DNA of 64,000 bases from Patescibacteria group bacterium (GTDB taxonomy: Bacteria; Patescibacteriota; Patescibacteriia; UBA10025; JAHIVO01), in assembly GCA_041660605.1 (NCBI GenBank), contig JBAZWB010000001.1:329295-393294 (forward strand), given 5' to 3'. The notes beneath the pieces were generated by a model. It made no database searches and was not told where the DNA came from. It worked only from the letters and a program-made list of their open reading frames with translations. The translations under genes were made by a program, and so were the position numbers. This document shows, piece by piece, positions 1 to 9,367 of the stretch (within the stretch, counting starts at the first letter, position 1; the number at the start of each line of letters is the position of its first letter).

Positions 1-12
1 ACGCAGAAAACG

Positions 13-1341
13 GTGAAGCTCGGTAAGGCAGCATCGTTACCCCTATTGATATTTTACATCCTGGGGTTCAAATCAACTGAGCAAGGCGTGGAACTAGGAA
101 TCGCGTCTGCCAAGACGGGTTTCCATGGGATTCAGGCGATAGCTACAGAAATGCAGCGGACAATCATGTTACTTTTTGCCGCTATGTCCTTCTTTGGCTG
201 GATGATGTACTCGTTTGGCGGAAGCTTTCCTATTTTGATGTTTTCTCTGACACTGGTTGCCTTGCAGATATATGTAGCGTCGTATGCTTTTGCAGCGATT
301 GCCGCATATAAGGTCTTTAAGGAGACCAAACTTGAAGTCAGCATCTGGAAAATCTTCCAACACGTGCTGTTCTGGGACTGTATTTTTATCAGCATGACCC
401 TGCTCGTGAAACCCTGGGTCGCAGGTAATTTTGTACCGTACGTTATTTTGGTGCTGTGCGAAGGCGCCTGGTTCCTGCTTGATAAGATGCGGTCGTCTGT
501 CCGGCTTGCAGCTATTACCTTATCAGGGGTATTAGCGATTGGTGCATTTACGTATCTTTTCCTACCGCACTTGGCAGGCGAAGAAAAGGCGCCGACCGTC
601 CAGTCAGATCTGAAGAAGGTCAGCGAAAACATTGGTGTTGGTGTTACCAATGTCATTGCATATGGGTCAAGTAAGTTTTTCGATTTGACCGATGGATTGC
701 GACATCCAAAGAAGGCAACTCCAACTAGCATTGACCCGGCGAAGCTCGTGCCGCCTATTCCGATTGATACAGCTAAACTGCAGCAGAAACCCAATGATGG
801 GAATTTGACTGCTAAAGCGGACCCTCTACCACAGGCTAATATTCCCACGCCAAACGGATCGGCTACGACAGTAAACGCGCCGTCTACGGGAAGTTACGGA
901 TTGGTTCAGGCGCCGGCTGCCAATTCAGCGCCGTCTTTACCGCAAGGATTTACCCAGCCTTTTTATCCTCCTGATTTCCAGGCTAAGGCGAAGTTTTGCG
1001 GCAAACCATTAAATGGAGCAGAAAGCTTCTTCACAGTTGTGGTGAAGAGAGTTCTGCTAAGTCCTGACCAGACGATTGTTGAGATTGAGTGGTCAGATCC
1101 AAAGTCACAGGGGGAGAGGGCTAGTGTGAGCAATCATTCTAGGATTCTATATGGTCATGAGATCTATTCGGTGCAAAGATCTGACGGTGTCTACCTAGAC
1201 ACTAAAGAAAATGGAATACCAGAGAATGGATTGAGGACAGCTCTATTGTACTTTCCTCCACTCCCTGACGGAGCTAGGAGTTTCAAGTTTAAACTGTATG
1301 ATTTGTGGAATCACGTTTACGTGGGAACAGTCAACGTTTGA
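13..1341 (+). CDS. hypothetical membrane protein (N-terminal TM helices, Pro-rich linker, C-terminal beta-rich domain); true start may lie outside window
   Basis: 442-aa ORF, GTG start, several hydrophobic segments, followed by an intrinsic terminator. Confidence 0.75.
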   Translation: MKLGKAASLPLLIFYILGFKSTEQGVELGIASAKTGFHGIQAIATEMQRTIMLLFAAMSFFGWMMYSFGGSFPILMFSLTLVALQIYVASYAFAAIAAYKVFKETKLEVSIWKIFQHVLFWDCIFISMTLLVKPWVAGNFVPYVILVLCEGAWFLLDKMRSSVRLAAITLSGVLAIGAFTYLFLPHLAGEEKAPTVQSDLKKVSENIGVGVTNVIAYGSSKFFDLTDGLRHPKKATPTSIDPAKLVPPIPIDTAKLQQKPNDGNLTAKADPLPQANIPTPNGSATTVNAPSTGSYGLVQAPAANSAPSLPQGFTQPFYPPDFQAKAKFCGKPLNGAESFFTVVVKRVLLSPDQTIVEIEWSDPKSQGERASVSNHSRILYGHEIYSVQRSDGVYLDTKENGIPENGLRTALLYFPPLPDGARSFKFKLYDLWNHVYVGTVNV

Positions 1342-1372
1342 ACATCAAGTTGATCTTTGTGTTTAGGATAAC

Positions 1373-1404
1373 GGGGCGTATGCTTTTGCAGCGCCCCTTT
1401 TTTT
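1373..1404 (+). terminator. intrinsic terminator
   Basis: GGGGCG...CGCCCC stem followed by T7. Confidence 0.75.
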
Positions 1405-1418
1405 GTCTAATATTACCC

Positions 1419-1447
1419 TTGATTTTTTACGAAAATCATGCTATAAT
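1419..1447 (+). promoter_or_regulatory. sigma70-type promoter
   Basis: TTGATT-17bp-TATAAT with extended -10 TG. Confidence 0.6.
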
Positions 1448-1486
1448 AACGCTGTGATATAAAAATAAAAATTAATCAAAAACAAT

Positions 1487-4400
1487 ATGAAAAGGTTTTT
1501 ATACGCCTTATTAAGTTTACCAATAGTGCTAGCCACTATTTTTTTATTTGCTCCGGAAGCCAAAGCAGCCTACGGCGACGTCACCACCTATCTGGGAAAA
1601 ATTTACGCTGGCGACGGCGGAAGCAGAGTGGACGCGTATTTTGATTTTCCTGAAGACGTAGATATTGACGCTTCGGGAAATTTTTTCATCGCAGACACCT
1701 ATGATAATGTCATACGAAAAATTGATGCCAACGGGATTGTTTCCACGGTGGCAGGTACGGGTTCATACGGCAATACAACCGGCAGTACAACGACAGCCGA
1801 GTTTGCTTTGCCGCACGGCGCTTCAGTGGCTTCAGACGGAGCGATTTATGTCGCGGATACGGCCAATAATCAGATCAAAAAAATAAGCGGGTCAACAGTC
1901 ACCACCTTAGTATCTTCCGGCTTATCCGGACCGGAAGGTGTGGAAGTTTATGGTTCGCGATTATACATCGCTGACACCGGCAATAATGCCATTAAATATG
2001 TTTCTACTTCAGGCGGCGCGGTTTCAACTTTGACTACTAACGTTGATGGTCCAAAAAAGTTAGCTGCCAATGGCGATGGTACGGTTTTATACATCGCTGA
2101 CGCCGACAGCCATCGTGTGCTGTCAGTTAATACCAGCTCTGGAGCGGTTACTGTTGTGGCCGGTTCAGGAGCAGCCGGTTATCAGGAAGGAACCGGGGCA
2201 TCCGCAGTTTTTAATAATGTCTGGGGCGTGGCGCTTGACGGCACCACATTATATGTTTCTGACGGCGATGGTTATACGGATTATATACGTAAAATTAACC
2301 TGACGACGGGCGCCACCTCCTTATTCGCCGAAGACGGCAGTATGGCTTCCATTAATTATCCAGCAGGATTAGATATTTATAATGGCAGTGTATATGTTTC
2401 CAATTCCGGCATTGGTACAATCCACCGTTTCCTGACTACTTTGTCGGGGGATGAAGAAATATTCGCCGGTTACGAAAGATACGGCAACCGCAACGGTTCT
2501 TCCTCAACAGCGCTTTTCGGCCGGCCCAGTGATATGGTGAAGAGTCCTGATGGTAAATATATATATGTAGCGGATAATAACAAAATCAGGCGCGTGACCG
2601 TTGCCACCGGCGAAGTATCGCAAGTTGTCGGCAGCAGCGTGGATAATTACCGCGAAGGGGATGACGATCCGACGCATGGCATCGGGCCGGCACGGTTCAG
2701 CGGCGTCCAAAGCATTACTATTAATTCATCCGGTACCAGGCTATATGTTGTTGACCGCTGGAACAACAGAATTCGCGGAGTCAACCTGGAGGTCAGCCCG
2801 GCTCCAACTTATCTAGTTTCAGGCGCCGGTTTAGTTAATACCATTGGTACTGATGATAACGGCTATCAGGAAGGCGTTAAATGCGCTGACCAGTTGAATA
2901 CCGGTGTGGCAGGCTGCGCTTACTTCCGCTCGCCCACGGGCATAGTCATCGATCCAACCGATACTTATTTATATGTAGTTGATTCTGGTAATAACCGCAT
3001 CAGGAAAGTGCGCATTTCCGACGGACAGACCTGGCTGGTGGCCGGTACAGGAGCAACGGGTTATGCGGATGGCGCGGGAACGTCAGCGAAGTTCAACCGA
3101 CCTTTCGGCCTGACCATGGACGCTTCGGGCAGTAATCTGTATATTGCTGATTCCAATAATCATGTTATCCGTAAAATAAATCTGACTTCCGGCACGGTTT
3201 CTACCCTGGCCGGCAATGCTTCAGCGGGCTATCGGGAAGCTATCGGCACCAACGCGGTTCTTTCATTCCCCGAATTCATAAAAATGGGCGCAGATAATTT
3301 ACTGTATTTTTCCGATACCGGTTCGCATCGCGTTCGCTTAGCCGATCCGACTACCGGTTTGACCAAGCTGGTGGCCGGTTCCGGCGAAAGGGGATTTAAA
3401 AACGGTAATCGCACTACAACGGAATTCAATAACCTTAAGGGCTTACTCCCTGATACAGCCAGTCGTGTTTTATACGTTACAGATCAGTGGAACGATTTAA
3501 TCCGCCGGATAGACATTACCGGCACGGCGCCCTACGCTGAGGCAGCGCCGACGGTCACTGCTGTCACTCCAAACCAGGTGAATCCGGCCTGGGACAAGGG
3601 ATCAGGTTTAAACGTGAAGGTTGACGGCACAAATTTCACCTTTGGGGCGAAAACTTATTTTGGCGATACGGTAAGCGAAGCGACTTATGTGCAATCCGGC
3701 ACTTCTCTGGCCGTAAAACTTCCATTATCACAGATGTCAACCGGTTGGTATGACGTTACGGTGGTCAGTTTAGATGGGCAGAAATCAACCAAAGAACGCG
3801 CCATCGGCATTACTGATTCAGCAGGCAATGTTCCCAGCACGTATCATCAATATTCAAATAAAACTTCGGATGATGTTTCCACCCCCAGCACCTATACCCC
3901 TTCCGTCGCCTCAGGCTTTTCCTTCATGGCCTACGCCTCCACTCTGCGCGCCGGCTACCACATTGCCGGCGGCAACGTGATTGCCGGAGGGCATGATGAG
4001 ATCATTACCGGCACCGGCGACGGTTTAGGTCCTCAAGTCAGGGTTTTTGACGGCTCCGGCAATGTTCAGTCCCAATTCTTCGCTTATGCTTCCACTTTAC
4101 GCTCAGGCGTCAGAGTAGCGGCCTGCGATCTGACCGGCGACGGCATTGATGAGATTGTTACCGCCCCAGGCCCCGGTGGCAAGCCGCACATCCGCATTTT
4201 TAACGGCACTGGCACGCCTCTGACTCCGGGCTTCTTTGCCCTGGACGGCAAGTTTACCGGTGGGGTTTACGTTACCTGCGGTGATACTGACGGCAACGGC
4301 ATCAAGGAGATCATCGTCACGGCCGGCAAAGGCGGCGGCGCCCAGGTCATGGTATACAACCAGGACGGCCATGCCATGGCCAATTTCTTCGCCTATGACA

Positions 4401-4846
4401 AAGCCACCTTCCGTAAAGGCATCAAAGCGGCGACCGCTGACGTGGACGGCGACGGCAAGGATGAAATCATTGTCGGACCGGAATTCGGCGCTTCCCATAC
4501 CCAGATCTTCCAGATCAGGCCTAATGAGATAAAACTGCTTTCACCAGGCTTCTTTGCCTTCAACAAAGATTACCGCGGCGGCGTGTCCGTAGCCGGCGTG
4601 GATACTGACGGGGACGGCATCAAGGAGATCGTGGTCGGAGTAGGTGAGAATGCCACCCCCTTAATCAGGGTCTTCAACGTGCGTGAGGAAATGCAGAAGG
4701 AATTCTTCGCCTATGCCACCAATTACCTGAACGGCGTCAATGTGGCCGGGGCTGACGTGGACGGCGACGGAGCTGATGAGCTCCTGACCATACCCCGCGC
4801 TTCTGGCGGACCCAATGTCAGGGTGATTGACGTGGAGGGGATTTAG
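1487..4846 (+). CDS. secreted surface protein: NHL-repeat beta-propellers + IPT/TIG-like domain + FG-GAP/VCBS-like repeats
   Basis: signal peptide (AEAKA), many YVADTxNxxIRK NHL repeats, PTVTAVTP...V.GTNF Ig-like segment, DxDGDGxDEI repeats. Confidence 0.85.
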   Translation: MKRFLYALLSLPIVLATIFLFAPEAKAAYGDVTTYLGKIYAGDGGSRVDAYFDFPEDVDIDASGNFFIADTYDNVIRKIDANGIVSTVAGTGSYGNTTGSTTTAEFALPHGASVASDGAIYVADTANNQIKKISGSTVTTLVSSGLSGPEGVEVYGSRLYIADTGNNAIKYVSTSGGAVSTLTTNVDGPKKLAANGDGTVLYIADADSHRVLSVNTSSGAVTVVAGSGAAGYQEGTGASAVFNNVWGVALDGTTLYVSDGDGYTDYIRKINLTTGATSLFAEDGSMASINYPAGLDIYNGSVYVSNSGIGTIHRFLTTLSGDEEIFAGYERYGNRNGSSSTALFGRPSDMVKSPDGKYIYVADNNKIRRVTVATGEVSQVVGSSVDNYREGDDDPTHGIGPARFSGVQSITINSSGTRLYVVDRWNNRIRGVNLEVSPAPTYLVSGAGLVNTIGTDDNGYQEGVKCADQLNTGVAGCAYFRSPTGIVIDPTDTYLYVVDSGNNRIRKVRISDGQTWLVAGTGATGYADGAGTSAKFNRPFGLTMDASGSNLYIADSNNHVIRKINLTSGTVSTLAGNASAGYREAIGTNAVLSFPEFIKMGADNLLYFSDTGSHRVRLADPTTGLTKLVAGSGERGFKNGNRTTTEFNNLKGLLPDTASRVLYVTDQWNDLIRRIDITGTAPYAEAAPTVTAVTPNQVNPAWDKGSGLNVKVDGTNFTFGAKTYFGDTVSEATYVQSGTSLAVKLPLSQMSTGWYDVTVVSLDGQKSTKERAIGITDSAGNVPSTYHQYSNKTSDDVSTPSTYTPSVASGFSFMAYASTLRAGYHIAGGNVIAGGHDEIITGTGDGLGPQVRVFDGSGNVQSQFFAYASTLRSGVRVAACDLTGDGIDEIVTAPGPGGKPHIRIFNGTGTPLTPGFFALDGKFTGGVYVTCGDTDGNGIKEIIVTAGKGGGAQVMVYNQDGHAMANFFAYDKATFRKGIKAATADVDGDGKDEIIVGPEFGASHTQIFQIRPNEIKLLSPGFFAFNKDYRGGVSVAGVDTDGDGIKEIVVGVGENATPLIRVFNVREEMQKEFFAYATNYLNGVNVAGADVDGDGADELLTIPRASGGPNVRVIDVEGI

Positions 4847-4885
4847 TAGCTAGTAATTAGTTATTAGTACCTAGTGATTAGTTAG
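4844..4885. repeat. 6 x heptamer TAGTNNN
   Basis: tagtagc tagtaat tagttat tagtacc tagtgat tagttag. Confidence 0.75.
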
Positions 4886-4898
4886 ATTAAATATACTC

Positions 4899-4929
4899 CG
4901 AGCGTACTCTCTCAAGGGTACGCTCGTTT
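4899..4929 (+). terminator. hairpin / probable terminator
   Basis: CGAGCGTAC...GTACGCTCG followed by TTT. Confidence 0.5.
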
Positions 4930-4965
4930 GTATTATTGAAAGATATATATTTAGGTATTGATTTC

Positions 4966-5173
4966 TTCTTTTCTGTGCAAACAGTTTGTTTATGTACTTT
5001 CTGTAACCAGAAAGTACCAAAGAGTTCCGCCCGTGCTGCGTAATCTTGAAAATTGGGCTCATCGTCGCTATCGACCCACAACCGCTTCGCTTGAGTGGGA
5101 TCGATTCCCCGCCCATGGGCGGGGATCGCTCCTCTTCGCCTCAATTTTCCTACGATTACTCCGCAATGGGCGG
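4966..5173. repeat. structured MITE/REP-like element, related to 53212-53469
   Basis: small hairpin + CAAAGAGTT + long hairpin closed by CCGCCCGT/ATGGGCGG; shares CTACGATTACTCCGCAATGGGCGG exactly with the 53.4-kb copy. Confidence 0.7.
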
Positions 5174-5330
5174 GGTATTAAGGTTATTCAAAATTGGTAC
5201 ATTTATAGATGACTAACATTTCTTTGTAATCGGCTATTTTAATATCAAGCGGCATTGACAAAACATATTATTATGCGATAAAGTTAATTAATTATTTCGC
5301 ACTTTTCACTATTACTGAAGGAGGCATTCA

Positions 5331-5684
5331 GTGAAATTAGATTTCAATACAATCCTTGCGTCGAGTTGGCCGGTAACAATTTTTGGTACTGCAATATTCC
5401 TATGCCTGGCCATGGGTCGGGCACGGAATGAACGCTGGGATTGCTGGCTCTGGTGCTGTATCTCGCTCGTCTGCGCGATGCTTGCCGGCAGCCACTTTCG
5501 GTTAATCCCATGGGATGCACCCGGTGGAGTAATTGGCAGCGGCATCCTGTTTCTCGCCGGGGTTGCGCTGGTGCCGTTTCTCATGCTACGGCTGGCCAGA
5601 AAAGACCACGAGGGGTTGGCCATATTTCTCGGCCTAATCTGCTGCCTGTTTATTGCCAGCGGATCTCATGTCTTGTTTAGCTGA
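5331..5684 (+). CDS. small multi-pass membrane protein
   Basis: GGAGG RBS, GTG start, about 4 hydrophobic segments, terminator downstream. Confidence 0.75.
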   Translation: MKLDFNTILASSWPVTIFGTAIFLCLAMGRARNERWDCWLWCCISLVCAMLAGSHFRLIPWDAPGGVIGSGILFLAGVALVPFLMLRLARKDHEGLAIFLGLICCLFIASGSHVLFS

Positions 5685-5700
5685 GATTTTCGTCTCAGCG

Positions 5701-5733
5701 CGTACGTAGCCAACCAGCCACGTACGTTTTTTT
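5701..5733 (+). terminator. intrinsic terminator
   Basis: CGTACGT...ACGTACG + T7. Confidence 0.65.
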
Positions 5734-5802
5734 GTTGCTAAATAAAAAGACCGACTCCCTCTGTTGATGAGAGCCGGTTTTTGATTTTTCGTATCACCGT
5801 GT

Positions 5803-7362
5803 TTAGGCGGCAAACGAAACGTCAATGTGAATAGGTTTTACGGTACGAGCTTTAGCGGGCGGGAGTTCGCCAGTAGCAATGCGTTCGATAGCATTGCAGA
5901 GACCGGGCGCGTTGATATAGACCGCACCGTCAATCTCGTTAATGATTACGGGTTTGCCGGGGATATGACTGATCGACAGTCGCGCCGCATCCAGATCCTC
6001 AGTATGATCCGGGCCAATGGCCAGGCCAATCACGGGAATGGAGTGACCATAAGCATAAAGCGCGGCATCAAGCATACCTGGTAAATGTGCAGCCAGACCG
6101 GCGCCAGCGATAATGTAGTCGACGTCAGCCAAGTTGATTACCCTTGGCTTATCCTCGCCAGGCTCGGTTATTTCGAGCCTGCCAGTGCGGGCCAGCGTGA
6201 CCATGGCTTTAAATTGCCGGTGACAGCTGAAGTTGGTGGTTACCCGTATACTGGTCAATTCGCCATTCCTGGTGAAGCTGTCATCAGCATTCTGGATAGC
6301 CTTCTTTACTTCTGCTGTGAGATCGCTCTCACTGCCAAGTAAAACAAGAATATTCTTTCTCCGCTGGGCCAGATTGACGCCAAGTGTTTTGGCATATTGC
6401 TCGACCGTCAATCCAGTCAGACGCCAGAAGATATACCGATAGGCATCTGTCAGAGCTTTGATAAGCCCTTTGGATCCCTTCCATTCCCAAGCCTTTTGCA
6501 AGTCGTTTGGATCATCATTGTGGAGCTTGTGAATGCTGAGCTCTTTACCAGCTTCGCGTCCAATCTGTTTATCGAACGATGACGGAGCTGAGCGCTTTTC
6601 AGCTTTACGACTCGTGACCCAGAGCAGGAATTCCCAGAACCGACTGGAATCAGGTGACAGGACCTCATCGCAGATACAGATGTTGCCTTCCTCATCGATT
6701 CCAAATTCGAATTTGGTATCAGCCAGGACAATACCTCTGCGTCTGGCGAATTCGACAGCGAATGAGAAGATTTCAAATCCCATCGCTGACTCTACTGGGA
6801 ATTCTCGGCGGACTTCGTCAGCGGGGATATTCCGGTCATGTCCTACATCTTCCTTGGTAGAAGGCGTGAAGAGAATCCGCGGTAACTGGTCGCCGTCCTG
6901 TAATCCGTCTGGCAATTTATAGCCGCAGACGACACCGTTGTCGTTGCAGTAATCTTTGAACCCGGAGCCAGTCAATGCCCAACGGTAGATGAATTCCCGT
7001 TTTCTGACGGTGACGTTTTTGACAACCATGGCACGGGCCTGGAGGTCTGCGTTACCCCTAAGGGATTCCGGCAGGAATTGGTCGATGTCGGTGCCAGTGG
7101 CAACGAAATGAGTTTTAAAGCCCTGCGCTTCAAGCAACTGGAACCAGAAGTGTGACATCAAGTTAAGCATGATGCCTTTCATCGGTACGATGAAATTCAG
7201 GACGATATCAAAAATGCTGATACCGTCTGAGCACACGAGCAGGAGGTACCGTTTATCGGGTAACCGATATGTGTCGCGTACCTTGCCGCGGTTTAACAGT
7301 TTTAGGCCGGGCGCTCGAAGCAGCTTTTGACGCTTCCGAGCTGGTGAAAGAATTGCTCCCAT
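5803..7362 (-). CDS. purC: SAICAR synthetase fused to C-terminal PurE (N5-CAIR mutase-like) domain
   Basis: RGKVRD, SDGISIFD, FTPSTK, ADTKFEFG, DEVLSPDSSRFW (PurC); LLGSESD, SCHR, IAGAGLAAHLPG, PVIG (PurE). Confidence 0.9.
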   Translation of the reverse strand: MGAILSPARKRQKLLRAPGLKLLNRGKVRDTYRLPDKRYLLLVCSDGISIFDIVLNFIVPMKGIMLNLMSHFWFQLLEAQGFKTHFVATGTDIDQFLPESLRGNADLQARAMVVKNVTVRKREFIYRWALTGSGFKDYCNDNGVVCGYKLPDGLQDGDQLPRILFTPSTKEDVGHDRNIPADEVRREFPVESAMGFEIFSFAVEFARRRGIVLADTKFEFGIDEEGNICICDEVLSPDSSRFWEFLLWVTSRKAEKRSAPSSFDKQIGREAGKELSIHKLHNDDPNDLQKAWEWKGSKGLIKALTDAYRYIFWRLTGLTVEQYAKTLGVNLAQRRKNILVLLGSESDLTAEVKKAIQNADDSFTRNGELTSIRVTTNFSCHRQFKAMVTLARTGRLEITEPGEDKPRVINLADVDYIIAGAGLAAHLPGMLDAALYAYGHSIPVIGLAIGPDHTEDLDAARLSISHIPGKPVIINEIDGAVYINAPGLCNAIERIATGELPPAKARTVKPIHIDVSFAA

Positions 7363-7456
7363 TGGAGCCTCCTGTTTGTTAAATGTGAACGGTTTTTGTT
7401 AGTTTTGTATTTTAGTTGATTTGAATACTTTAACAATTGGCAAGTGATTTGTCAAT

Positions 7457-7489
7457 AAAAAAGGCCACGAGCTTTTTACTTCTCGTGGC
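7457..7489 (-). terminator. purH terminator
   Basis: minus strand GCCACGAG...CTCGTGGC + T-run. Confidence 0.65.
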
Positions 7490-7518
7490 ATGATTGACAG
7501 GGTGCGAAATTAATGGGA

Positions 7519-9132
7519 TCAGCAGTGACCGTAGAACATACGTCCAAGGCTGACCGGAATCCAGATAAGCGTAACCTTGTGTTTCAGCAGGTAAGCCTTT
7601 ACTGCTTTATCACCGGCGCCTTTGATCTTGGAACCGGAAACTGTCAGTATGGCAATGATTCCTGCCTGAACCAGCGCTCGTGGTCCGTCCACATAAGGGA
7701 AGAACGAGTCGCTGCAGCAGACCGCGCCTTTAAGAAGGTGTTTGAAGGTCCTAGCTTTCCTGATGGCCAGCTGGGCTGCGCCAACACGGTCGTCCTGCCC
7801 AGTACCATTGCCAATCAGCATACAGTTATTAACAATGGTGATGGTATTACTGCTGCTGGTAGAGCAGAGAGCCCAAGCCAGGAGCAGATCGGTTTTTTTG
7901 CGTCTGGCCAACCTGCCATACTGATCAACTTTATCGTGCTTGAAGTTGAACACGTATTCGAAGTTAGGTTGCCGCAGAAAACCGCCACGTACCGTATGGA
8001 TGATCGTGCTCACATCAAGCGCTGGGTTGCGCAGTTCCTTGTTGATCATGATGCGGCATAGGCCTTGGGCGCGCTTGAGTATGCTAATTGCGCCTATGGT
8101 AATTGCAGGGGTCAGTACTCCGTCCAGAATGCGCTGCTGCTTTTTGATCAGGTAGGTTCGGAGCAGTTCCGCTTCGGCTTCACCAATTGTGAAGTTGGTA
8201 ATCAGAATACCACCCCAGGCCGCACGCGGATTTCCCGCCAGCGTCTTCTTGATTACTTCCGTCTTTGAATTACCGTATGATGCGCCGATGGCATTACCGT
8301 GTTTAACGATTACGGCAAAGTACTTTGCTTTTATCCGGTTAACGCGGAACGCGGCAATAACATGGGTCATGGCTTGCAAACAGCGGTTGAAATCGGTGAA
8401 GTTGATATAGCTTGGGTCAGCACCCTCGACCAGATCAAACCGATGCAAAGCCAGTGGATCGTCATTATCGGTAGCAAACAGCGCCGCTGGAGTTTGCCAG
8501 GGATTTTCACCGTACTTACATTTTATGGCAAGTTTGCCGGCCAGGTATTGATACTGTCCATCGCTTAAATATGTAGCCAGCGGCATGTAGTAGGTGATGA
8601 CCGTGTGAACTGCTTTCGCGACAAGCCGGCGGCGTTCTTCGGCGGAAATCTCGCCGTACTTCTCAAGCTGGTTCAGAACGTGGTTCATTTCGGCCGGGTC
8701 GGTAGCGATGATCCGATTGCCTTTCGCTGCGGACATTGTCATGCTTGGTCCGCCGACATCCCAGGCATCAAGAATCTCTTCATATGTCACACCTGGCTTG
8801 GCGATCACGCTATGCAGTGGATAGTAGTGAATATACACCAGGTCGAACTTGACCAGGCAAAGCTTTTCCAGCTCTGCAATTTCCTCTGGAGTATATGCCA
8901 GGCAACCTCCATGCAGGTCGCCGTTTAGTGAGACCACTTTGTGGTTCAGGATCGGTTTTCGTCCGGTGATAGTCGAGATGTCAGTACATCGGAGACCTGC
9001 TTCTCGGAGAACTTTCGTAGTTCCATGCGAAGCAAAGATCCGGTACTTTAGTCTTTTTAAGCGTTTTCCAATTTCGACTATACCAGTTTTGTTTGCCACC
9101 ATGAGGAGGCAGTTTTTTTTGAACTTTGGCAC
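7519..9132 (-). CDS. purH: bifunctional AICAR transformylase / IMP cyclohydrolase
   Basis: NKTGI, ASHGT, DVGGPSM, KYGENPWQ, KHGN, GQDDRV, SDSFFP motifs. Confidence 0.9.
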   Translation of the reverse strand: MPKFKKNCLLMVANKTGIVEIGKRLKRLKYRIFASHGTTKVLREAGLRCTDISTITGRKPILNHKVVSLNGDLHGGCLAYTPEEIAELEKLCLVKFDLVYIHYYPLHSVIAKPGVTYEEILDAWDVGGPSMTMSAAKGNRIIATDPAEMNHVLNQLEKYGEISAEERRRLVAKAVHTVITYYMPLATYLSDGQYQYLAGKLAIKCKYGENPWQTPAALFATDNDDPLALHRFDLVEGADPSYINFTDFNRCLQAMTHVIAAFRVNRIKAKYFAVIVKHGNAIGASYGNSKTEVIKKTLAGNPRAAWGGILITNFTIGEAEAELLRTYLIKKQQRILDGVLTPAITIGAISILKRAQGLCRIMINKELRNPALDVSTIIHTVRGGFLRQPNFEYVFNFKHDKVDQYGRLARRKKTDLLLAWALCSTSSSNTITIVNNCMLIGNGTGQDDRVGAAQLAIRKARTFKHLLKGAVCCSDSFFPYVDGPRALVQAGIIAILTVSGSKIKGAGDKAVKAYLLKHKVTLIWIPVSLGRMFYGHC

Positions 9133-9197
9133 TGTTTACCTCACTTTGTTCAGGTTCGATTTGTTTTTTGGGTTTTTGTAGTTTTTAATTAATTACC

Positions 9198-9230
9198 TAA
9201 CCTTAGCAAAAGCGAATAAGGACGTCAAAT
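9198..9230 (-). promoter_or_regulatory. purH promoter (near-copy of the promoter at 10534-10566)
   Basis: minus strand TTGACG-17bp-(TG)cTAAGGT. Confidence 0.6.
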
Positions 9231-9308
9231 GGAAAAAAGTGATGCAACAGGAATATTCTTCCTCCTACGCTCCATTTCGGCGGACAGGTAAGAATGTAAG
9301 AATGAAAT

Positions 9309-9342
9309 AAAAGAAGCGCCGAGAGTGGTGAACACTCGGCGC
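9309..9342 (-). terminator. terminator of the kinase gene
   Basis: minus strand GCGCCGAG...CTCGGCGC + TTCTTTT. Confidence 0.6.
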
Positions 9343-9367
9343 GCTAGGATATTCGGAAGAAGAACGA

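Noticed and set aside
4871-5212. Short ORFs on both strands (also 12358-12549, 53281-53505)
   Set aside because: They fall on palindromic repeat elements and lack RBS or protein features.
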